The notes under the pieces are model-generated. The model searched no databases. It saw only the letters and a program-made list of their open reading frames with translations, and was not told the DNA's origin. The position numbers were made by a program, and so were the translations under genes. 64,000 bases of DNA, from positions 1-64,000 of the forward strand of contig JAPEUI010000036.1 of assembly GCA_026025075.1 (NCBI GenBank), given 5' to 3'. The DNA is from Vezdaea acicularis. Taxonomy: Eukaryota. Positions 38,292-48,533 of the stretch are shown in pieces; the first letter of the stretch is position 1, and every line of letters begins with the position of its first letter.

Positions 38292-41200
38292 CGCGGTAGT
38301 CATTCGTCATGGGACGGGGGTTTGAATTAGGGAGCAGCCTGGAGGCAGCCAGGCAACCAAGGTTACGACATGCATGTCCTCCTAGAAGACCGGTGTTGCC
38401 TTACGGGGGGACTTGCACTCATTGGCGGTCATGTGCTGGTAGGCCTTGGAAACCCTAATTCCATTACAAACCGAAGCAAAGCGGTGACGCATTCGAGCCA
38501 GCACCGTCACGAACGCACCTCGATTGCTCGGAGCTATGCTCGGTGAACTCCGTAGAACGGCCTGCGGTGGACTTCTTATCGATGAGTGATTCGTACTGAG
38601 CGTGCAGATCTGATAGGACGCCATTGGTCGCGCGTCATGCACCTGCCCACAACCCCGCTCTCGCGGCCACGCCTCCCATGCCATCGCTTCAAGTTCCTTG
38701 GCTTTCCCCCAGCGGGACTCTTCGATTGAGCCGCATAGTCCCCCCCCGTCCTTCTCATGTGTGACTACTCATCGAACTCACGTCCTATTTATGCAGCCCG
38801 GAGGACGTTTGGTCGGCATCAACGAGTTCGAAATCACCGTTGACGACCGCACGAGAGACCGCCCTCAAGACATCGTCCACAACGCTCTATAACCTCACTT
38901 TTCGGCAAACGCTTAGTGCCTCGAGGCATTGTCGAATAGACGAAAGATATCGGAGCCCCAGCCAGTAAGACTCGTGCACAGCCGCCATCGCGTCGGAGCA
39001 TGTCTCCCAATCAGCAAGGCAGTCGAGATGGTACGTCCTTCCCACTCCCATCAGCCTCCGCCCGCTTGCTCCGTCCCAAACCCTGACTGACATCGCTTTT
39101 GCATCCCCACAGGTGGTGGTACGTCGGCGCAGCCTCCTCCCAAGGGCTGAGAGGACCACGATATTGGCATTCGACGCTCGTCCGCCGCGAGCCGGGCTCA
39201 TCGTACAGTCTTTGGAGATGGGAGGAAGCACGGCACTCCCATCGTGGACATAATAGTCATCTCTGCGCGGCGCGGGCGCTATGGACGGAAGGAACGAGGG
39301 GGGTGGAGGGAGGTGGGCAGTGGTGGGATGGTGGGGTGGGCTATTCACAGGTTCAGGACACGCGTCGGAGGGTGGGAGTTCTTCCGGAGTTCCACAAGAG
39401 TGGCCGTGGCTTTTATAGGCTGTCGTCCGGTCGAATGAACGTCGCTGTCTTCCCATGGCATGCCCTCAGGTGGCCCGGTAGCTGAACTCTCTTTGTGCGA
39501 TGGTGTTACCCGTGGCGCACGGTGAGACCAACCATGGTCGACTTCTGGAACGGCCCCCCTCGCCTGCGCCTGTCCACGACCATGGGCTGGAGGACGCGCG
39601 CGAAGGGGCCGGGACGGATCGAGAGGGTCGAGTGAACGGATCATTGGTGAAGTGAGATAGGGTCCGTTGCGCTCCCATCGACGGGGAAGACCTCCCGACC
39701 GGAGCCGCATGGGCTATTTGAGCTCGAGGGATTCCGCGAGGTCTTCCTAATGGTCGCCCGCTCGAATCTGCTCTATATCAGATTCTCATCCAGCCTCCAT
39801 CGCCGTCGCCCCGACGGCGCGAGCCATCACGAAGCCCGCGCGCGCTGATTACCGTAGCTTCCATCTGACGACCGACCCGATTCCCCGCACCGGCTCTCGC
39901 TTCGTTCTTCCCACGACCGCGGGCATGGATGGCGACCACGATGGGAGCGGGACTTCAGACAAGACCCGCGGCGGGAGTGAGTCCGATCGACCCGGGCGCA
40001 CCGTTTCTACCCATGGCGCACTGCGACTAACTTTGTACCTCGTCTGAGGTTAGATGGGACCTTGTACGGTTCGTGCTGAAGCCCTCCGACAGGCGGCGCC
40101 CACATCCCCGTCGCGCTGATAGCAGGGTCCCCGGCGGCCCTACGACCAATATACTCGAAGTACTGGCAGAAGCGCACGCCAGTGCGGGGCACCCGTGGAG
40201 GGTTGAACGGGGGCTCACCAGCACATCTCTCCTCACGCGAACACCGTGACCTGCTTTGCTGCTCGCACGCGAAAACGCGCCAAAACATCCAGCCGATCAA
40301 CTCGCGCTTACTCATCATCCACCACACGAGGTGGTCCGACAAAAGACTTCGACCGCGGAAGCAGGTGGAACTCGTCTTTCTCCTTGACCTCCTCACGTCG
40401 TCTCACGACTCTCCCTTTCCTTCTGGGGTATCAGGTGTTGGGGGGAATATCTGGTTTTCCGCTCATGTTCTCTTCTCTCTCCTTCCGCCCCGGCGGTTGC
40501 ATATCATGTCACCACGGAGCGCAAAGCTGTGGGCTCTCTCGTTCGGGCCTCGACCCTGCAGAGATCTGGCGTATGGGGCTACAGGAAGCTGGCGTTGCGG
40601 ATCGCATGAATTAGTGGCCTTCTACGTGCCTTCTCCTGCAGCCTTGACGCAGGAGCCATGCTGCTCTGCTGTGCGAGATGCATCCCTTCGTCACACTGTC
40701 CACCGTCACCGTCACACGACGGCGCCGCGCCCGTCTCCCACTCCCCTCTCCTCCTGCAGCGGGAGACCGGGACGTGACTCAACACCAAGGTGTGAATAGT
40801 AAATAAAGCGGTGCTCGAGCCCCCCTCATTTCCCCCCACCTACTCCGAGCGTGACCGCGTCGCCCTACTCGAGTGAGCACGACGGCCCGGCCGCCGATTG
40901 ACCCTTCGGCCCAGCTTAAGCCGAGCCGATGAACCTCCGCAACGAGCCCAACCCGCTCGCGCACGTAGGCCGGCGGGTCTGCTCGACCGCGATGGTTTCC
41001 CAACTGGCCGCCGCGAAGCAGAGCTGGGCGTGATGTGCAGTCCCCGACTTCGCTGGCCATTTCATCACGTTGCAAACCCACTCACGCGGCGAGGTCACCT
41101 GGCCGACACGATCGCTCCTCGAGCGCGCACGCCGAACACCGCCATCCTGACCAGCCGACGGCCAGCTCATCGTCCGTACGGCTCTCCTCAGTCCTCTCCG

Positions 41201-41987
41201 GGGGCGCGTTTCAGCGCATCCCAAGGCATACGACTCGATCGCGGTATGATATAGGGAGATGTAGACTGACGTGACCGTGCGCGCGACTGCCGCCGTGAGC
41301 TTGCCCGCGTCCGAGGCTATTCGAGGCTCATAAGCGCGCGCCCGTCGAAAAGGGCCGGCTGCGTCATCCGTCTCGGCCGAGGGCCGGGGTCGATAGACGC
41401 GGCAACGCATCAAAACCTGAGACATTTGGGGAGGCTCTTTGTGGGGATCGTCGATCAACGGCTGCGAGACGGCAGCACGTCTGCTGCGACGGGCCAACGC
41501 TGGAAGCACGTCATTGTCGATCTCCATAGGGTCTCTGGGTCACGGTCACGTCGCGCCTCATTTTCCAGATTGGTCGTCATCGCCCGTGCTCGGCAGCTTA
41601 GGTTGCGGGCTCTAGGGCAGCGAGCGACCTGATTCTCTGTCACACGCTGGAGCTCAGGGCCCTCTGGCGACTCTGCCCTACCAAGCTGGGCGGATTACGG
41701 ATCTCGCCTACGGGTGCTCCTAGGTGTCGACCATAAGCTTCGAGTGCCCGGTCCAGCCTATACACGGTGCTGAGCCAGGCCAAGCTTCGAAACGTGCTAC
41801 TTTGCTTCTCGGTTAGCGGAGGGAGTGTGATGGCGCTATGAGAGCTCCGCCGTCGGTCTCTCCGACTTTGCTCTCCGCTCTCTGGCTCCCTCCTCACTCT
41901 TCAAGAAGCCCGTTCTCCCCCCTTCTTTCCTCCATTTCTCTTCTTCACCCAAAATCATTCCAGAGCACTCTCGATTCCGCTGCAACG

Positions 41988-42221
41988 ATGCAAGCCGCCG
42001 CTCAATTCATGCAGCGCAACGGGCCCCTCAAGTACCTGACGCCGCCGCAAAGTCCGTCCTTCCTCCCGCTCTCGCCGCCTCCGACCCCCATCTTCTCCAA
42101 ATCCGGGGACGGCGACCGCGACGGTGAGTTGCGCTCGCGGATGCTTGTTGCAGCCTTCTCCCGGCAATCTAGGGCGCCTTTTGCTAATTCTCGAGCTGTC
42201 GCAGGTGGTGGGACCTCCTGA
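41988..42221 (+). CDS. Candidate spliced 50-aa microprotein (exons 41988-42123, 42205-42221)
   Basis: CT-rich leader, ACGATG start, intron GTGAGT(42124)..GCTAAT..CAG(42204); peptide MQAAAQFMQRNGPLKYLTPPQSPSFLPLSPPPTPIFSKSGDGDRDGGGTS. Confidence 0.55.
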   Translation: MQAAAQFMQRNGPLKYLTPPQSPSFLPLSPPPTPIFSKSGDGDRDGELRSRMLVAAFSRQSRAPFANSRAVAGGGTS

Positions 42222-42519
42222 GTCGCTTTCCCATCGTGGCGACTCATCGATCGTCGCCTACAGTAGCTCCCGCGAAGCTCGTCCACGCATCTCCTTATCG
42301 ATAAGATCGCGAAATCCCGCCGTCCTCAGCTCTGACCGCTCCTCCATCCTCGGGCGACTCGACCATCATCATCATCGCAGCATATTTCCCCATCGCCCCG
42401 TCCTATTCACACGACACATCCGCCCGCCCGTCTCTCCACGACCGCCGTCGCTCCCGACGCAGACGCATCCCTCATCGCGGTGCTTACCAGTTGAGCCGCA
42501 TGGCGGTTCCTCGGATGCA

Positions 42520-42553
42520 CACCATCAAGCACCATCAAGCACCATCAAGCACC
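42520..42553. repeat. 10-bp tandem repeat (CACCATCAAG) x3
   Basis: caccatcaagcaccatcaagcaccatcaagcacc. Confidence 0.9.
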
Positions 42554-43179
42554 GCCGCTCGCCATCTGCAGACGCGTGCCAAAGCTCCGTCTCGCTTACG
42601 CACCTCGAATCGCTTTCGGACGAGGTGACACCACCGTGCGACACCCGACCGAGGGGCGCGACAGGCATCTGTGCGACGCCCGCGCCCTAGCTCGTCGGGG
42701 AACGGGTGCGACCCACCCGACCAGGGTGCCCTACCAATACCCCGACCACGACTCTCTCCATTCACGATCTTCGCCACCGTCGCATCCGACGCAAACGACG
42801 CTGCTGGCTCCCCTCACACCGCCCTACGAGACTCGGTGCGACCAGGGGGTGTGGCTTCTTGCCGTCCAAGGCGACCTCTCTTGCGCTCTAACCGCACCTC
42901 CCGATATCTTCTGACGCCCTTACTCGTCGCGCGGTGTCCTCCACCCCGTGAAGACAACGACGGAATGGTGGACGAGCGCCAAGTGCTCGATGGCCCTCAG
43001 ATCTCGGGCCAACATCACACGGCCATGACGGCCCCGTAGCGACTCCTTCCAACCCTCACGTGGCCTTGATGATGTGTGCTCGGCCGTTCTTGCCCCCCTC
43101 GAACAACTGCGCTCCTTCCTCTTGACGCCCTCCCGCCATCCAACCTGCCTGTTCTGGGCGTACCGTCAGGGCGCATCGC

Positions 43180-43290
43180 CTCACTTCACACCACCTCACC
43201 TCATTTGGCATCACCTCACTTCACACCACCTCACCTCATTTGGCATCACCTCACTTCACTTCACCTCACCTCATGTCACATCACACTACA
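43180..43290. repeat. Degenerate TCACC/TCACT pentamer array with an internal higher-order duplication
   Basis: cacctcacctcatttggcatcacctcacttcac occurs twice in tandem, flanked by further TCAC(C/T) units. Confidence 0.9.
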
Positions 43291-43401
43291 CGAAGTTCTC
43301 TCGACCAGACTCACATTGTCATCATGCGGAGAGGATACCATCATACTGCCAGTCGTAGAACCATCCATTCCGCGTTCTACGTCCTCCTTACCTTTCATGC
43401 T

Positions 43402-43470
43402 TCTCTCTCTCTCTCTCTCCCTCTCTCTCTCCCTCTCTCTCTCCCTCTCTCTCTCCCTCTCTCTGTCTGT
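43402..43470. repeat. (CT)n microsatellite with CTCTCTCTCTCC higher-order unit
   Basis: Direct inspection. Confidence 0.95.
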
Positions 43471-44886
43471 CCTCCTTTTCCTCTACCAATCTCTCATTCT
43501 TACATTCCTATGCGGTTATCTTTTCTGAATTTAGCGTTGCGCGTTTCACACCATGTCAGAATCCATTTTTCCTCCATGTCCACGATCACCACGGCCTTGT
43601 CCTAGACCTTTCCCCGTCTGAGTTTGATTTAGCTGGCTTGACGTACTACACATCCTTTACAACAGTAACGACGGCACGACGATAACCCTTATGCCCCCTC
43701 TCATCTGCTCACGAGTTTCCTTGCTCCTTCCTCTCATCTGCGTCTTGCTTCATCCCTTTGTCGACAGGTGTCAGTTTTGGCGTTGGTGTTTTTGTGTGCT
43801 ACGGTACAGGGTATGGTGCGGGTGCGTGGGTGCATCCACGCATATAGATCGGTTTGTCGGTCGTCGGTTGGTTCGCACATGGCTAGGATTGGGATGCAGA
43901 CCAACGGGATTTACGACAGGATGAACGGATACAGGCCCACGCGATGTCATTTTACTTTCTTCATTGGCGATGCTAGCGCTTTGGCCATCATCGCATAGGG
44001 GTTTCGGATTTTTTCTGGGTAGGTTTTGGCTTTCGTTTTTCCGGTTTCTTCTCGTCGCGACAGGGGCCTGGGTTGGCGGGTTGGTTGGTTGGTTTGATTG
44101 GATGGATTATGCTAGATTGCTCTCCCGGCGTTGACGGCTTTGAGTTTGCTTGTGGAAGGGAAGTTTCTCTTGCGTACAATATAGCGCCTTCATGACTGTG
44201 GACAAGTCTTGAAATATATACCATTCATACCAATGAGGTCCACATGTATGCATATAGCTTTCCTACAGATGGGTACCTTTTACCAGCAACTCTCTTTACC
44301 ATCTGCTCCCTCATCCATTTCCCCCATCAGCACCGCATTATGGTTGCAAAACAATGTATTCTCCATCCACAACAAGAACTCCAGACCATACAATCAGCTC
44401 AGGATTCTATCTGCCGACATTGCTGCTGATCAACCTAAATGATAGCTACCAAAAATTGAACTGTTTCAAAAGTCAGAAATTTACATTGCATTTTTCAAGA
44501 TTGCACAAAAAGTGAAGTGCAATTACAAATATTAAAAAAAAAATTTCATTATCCATATAAATACTTTAAAAAACATAAAATGACATTAAGAGATTGATTG
44601 AGATTAAATCAGTTGATAGTTTTGTAATATTTTTTAAAATATTTATAGGGTTTTAGTGAGGATATTAACACTCAACAAAATTGTGATTGATAGAATTAAA
44701 ACTTTAAAAGGCATATATAATATTAATTCTTAGAAACATATTATTAGTATATAAAAAAGCATTGCAGAATATGGTTGTAAGTGTTTTACATTTGCCAAAT
44801 AGCTCATGCTTGATAAAGTTATTTTAAAATCTAAAGATTACCTGGATCTAATGAAATATGGAGTGGACAAATATATCAAATATTCT

Positions 44887-45611
44887 TGTAAGAACGCAGT
44901 GGCATCCGCTTAAGGCGCGCCGGCGTGCCCTAGACGGCTGTTCTTGTTTAGACGCCGACGGCGCTCAGGGAACGCTTAGTCAGCGCGCCTCTTATATATA
45001 TATCGAGTCGGGTCCGCTAAAGACGCGGCATCGAATAGTCTTGACCTATAGCTAGTCTTAGAATCTATTCAGGTAACCGCAATTCATTTGTTATATCACT
45101 ATATCGCTATATGTTATGGGACACGAGGTAGGGCGCGTCTGGGCAGGAGGAAGCATCGCCCGGACATAGGGGCTAAAGGGTAGTGGCATCTGGACGCAAG
45201 GATAAGGAGCGATCCTATGGCGTCTACTAATAGGGGCAGCGCTTGTACGTCATGCGACTGCCCTAGGACGGACAGCGCCTGCCGCGACTAGCAGCGCTGT
45301 CTTGTCCAGGCAGCCACGACCGGATATCCTTTGCCCTATATATATAGATGAATCCCCTAGCTAGATGAATGGAATAACTTCTTCATAAACACCGTTTACT
45401 GACAGGACGCCCCGTGCCCTGACGTATCGATGCCAGGACGCCCCGTGTCCTGACACTATATCATATAGCCCTGTGACATCGCTAGCTATCGCCAGCGGCC
45501 CGCCTACCCCTATAGCCTATTAAACACGCAGTGACACCGCAGGCGGGCTGCAGATGGCGCCGGCCTGCCATGCTCTCAGAATCAGGGGCAGCTATTGTGC
45601 CCGTCCTTACA
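44887..45611. mobile_element. Solo LTR (725 bp)
   Basis: Starts TGTAAGAACG, ends CGTCCTTACA (9/10 inverted match); flanks ATTCT / ATTTT (5-bp TSD with one C>T); internal TATA-like runs and a duplicated CAGGACGCCCCGTG motif. Confidence 0.85.
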
Positions 45612-46753
45612 ATTTTTCAATAAGTGTATAGCATTCTGCAACTTATGACATTTTTGCTATATATATTATAGATAGATATTATTCATATCAGAACACATTT
45701 AATATTAATTTTTAATCTCAGTTTTACTTTTACCTAAAGTATTATATTTTAGTAAAATAAATATTGTTAACCACTTGATATATTCAACAAATAAGGTAAT
45801 TTAATTTTTAAAATAACCGCATAATAAAAATTATTTTTATTTTTTTGTTTTATAAAAATATTATCCTGCAATATTCAAGATCAAAATTGCAAAGTGCTGT
45901 AGTTAAGTAAATGTAATGTTGATTTAAAATCATCATTTTTGGTGATTCACTAGATATAACGTTTATTACATATATATACTTTTCTTGATTATATTTATTA
46001 GTTAATTCTGTAATATAATTTTCAAACAACAAGCATTGTAAAATTCTATTGATATAAAAATAATGTATAAAGTTTGACATATTTATATATGTAAATATGC
46101 TTAAGTTCAAATTTAGAAATTAAATTATCAAACATTACAAATATAAAATTTTAATAATCATTTGAATTACAATTGCTTTAATTTGATCTATTAAATTGAA
46201 TATTTCTCAACAACAATTTAAAAAATTTCTATTCAACTTAGTAATGGTTGAAAAATTATTTATTTATAACTTTCTGACACATTTAATTAGAAATATATAA
46301 AATAAAATAATCTTTACTATAAATATACATTTTAATTTATAAATCATATAGTGGAATTAATAAAAATTTAATTACACAAAATAGTTAATCAATTTTAAAA
46401 CTTATAGGTTTTGTTATATCTTCAATGTAACTTAATAGTAACATTTTAACCTAGGCTTACATATTTAAAATTTTTTTAAAATTAATTAATATATCTCATA
46501 AGCAAAATAATTGCACAAATTATAAAAATTCTTATTTACTTTTTTAATGCATCAGTACACCTTTAAAAGATTGCTTTTGTTTAGATCAAACTGATAATAA
46601 GAAAACAATTAGTCAGCATTATCAACATCCGCAATAAACTTGTTAAAACTAGCTGGCAAAATTAAAACAGCTAAGCAATATGAAATTTTTTTAAACCTAA
46701 TTTAAGATGTTTGATAATAAAGTTTTATTTGATATATTTAATTGCATAGCTCT

Positions 46754-47017
46754 TGTCGTGAACCTGCCTTCCCGTGACTGCTGCTACGGCAAGCCTGCGC
46801 TACCCCTGCGTCACGTGATCACTGTCATATGGCAAAGTGGGAAAGCGCTGTGGAATAGCTCCTCAGTATTCAATCGTATAGATATTTACTATTGACTACT
46901 AAACTATTATATCGTATATTGCGTGCCGCCTGCGTGTCTACTGCGTGCCCACTGCATCCCGCATCACTTATCCAAATTGATCCTAGCCGCTCCCTGCTCG
47001 TACGCTACATCCTCACA
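46754..47017. mobile_element. Solo LTR (264 bp)
   Basis: TGT...ACA termini with perfect 5-bp TSD GCTCT (46749-46753 and 47018-47022); GC-richer than its flanks. Confidence 0.82.
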
Positions 47018-48533
47018 GCTCTAATATTTTATCATAAAGTATTTTACATATATAGCTTGGATTTATTATATGTTATTTATTTCTATTTTATATTATTTTA
47101 TATATTATCATTATATCTTTCAATCTAACAACTATAAAAATACTGCCTGCATATGCTTTGTATAGTGTTTGCATTTTTGCTGCAGACAAAATATAAACAT
47201 TATTCATTTGGCATACTTTTCGAAAAAAAGTAGGGCTTGTGCTTATTTTTATATATACATCTTTATTTTTCTAAAAGGTTATGGCAAGAATTAAAAGTTA
47301 TCAAAAAACATTAAATATTGCTATTCAATAACATTCAAAATTAAATGTTGATAAATATTCAAATGATTAAAACTAGCTTAAATGTAGAATTAACAGACAC
47401 AAGTGGTGTCATATTGTGTGATATGTTATAGAGACATATTGACTTGATTCTGATAAGAAATAGAGCAGACTTAGGGACAATGGAAAGAAGGAAAAGATCA
47501 GTGGAACTGTCTTGCTCAAGCTTCAAGCCATAATTTGGTATAACGTAATGGAATGCCGTAGCAAGAAGAACGTGGGTCAGGCCGTGAGGGATAAAATTAT
47601 TCAAACATCAAGAACCAGATGGGAACCTCGAGTAGCAACAGATCAATATAGAGCCGCCCGAGAGAGTTTGGTTGATTTCCAAAAGTTTTAAAGAATATAT
47701 AGCCACAGAGAAACCTATTGCGACGTCAAAAGCAAAATTTGTTGTTGCAACAATAAACAGATAAACATATTGCGTTCAAAGCCACCTAAATAGAATCTTC
47801 GAACTTCCCTTGGAATCACCTGAACAGGATCGTCGAATTCCCCCTGAAACCGAACCTAACACCGGATACCCAGCCTTTTCGCCGGGTAAGAAGAGAGAAA
47901 CAAAAGCGATCGCGCCTATTGACAGATAAGATGTATCGCCGTACCAACTAATCCCAGAGCACCATACCGTCCATCGTGCGATTGTTTCCGGGAATATCCA
48001 GTATCTCGATCGACTGTAGATCGATCAAATATCAATCGCCGCGCCAACCGGTCCAACGGCGCCGAGAAAAAACAAACGAACACACGAACACGAACCCTGC
48101 CCTAGATATCTTGTGCGAACTCCTTGCCACAAAGCTGTTGCCGAGAAGTTACAGGAGCTATTCAAAAGGTGCGCCGAGAAAATTTGCTTGGCAATGGGTG
48201 TGCTCCTCCCTTACACCCTTCCGGAATACGCCAATTGTCCCAACACTGTTTAAAAAACACTTTGTATCATTTCAGAAAGTCAAAGTTTGAATACCTAAAT
48301 GTTCTGCCGGTTATGGACACCTTTCTGCTGTCGTTAAGGTCATTATTGAGTATGCTGCAATTGAAAATAGAAAAAGTTGGCTAAAGGCAAGCATGAACCA
48401 TCCTACCTGATGTAGTGCCACTGAGCCACTTGCCTTCTGATCGCTTGATGCAAGTCTGTTTAGTAGGCCACCGAAATCCGCCCAGGAAAAAGGGGAGTAG
48501 CGAAAAGTAAGCACAAAGCTTGACGGAACGCCA

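Larger units (their letters stand above)
44450..47400. mobile_element. AT-rich degenerate repeat relic (RIP-like decay) hosting two LTR insertions; boundaries approximate
   Basis: Abrupt shift to very AT-rich, TpA-rich sequence with no credible ORF. Confidence 0.65.

Noticed and set aside
43180..43470. Repeat arrays as a CRISPR-like locus
   Set aside because: Simple tandem repeats without unique spacers, eukaryotic context, no cas genes
38300..44200. Telomerase RNA or another known structured ncRNA in the gene-free region
   Set aside because: No TAACCCTAA template seen on either strand and no tRNA, 5S or snRNA signature recognised by eye; an Infernal/Rfam scan would be needed to exclude fully
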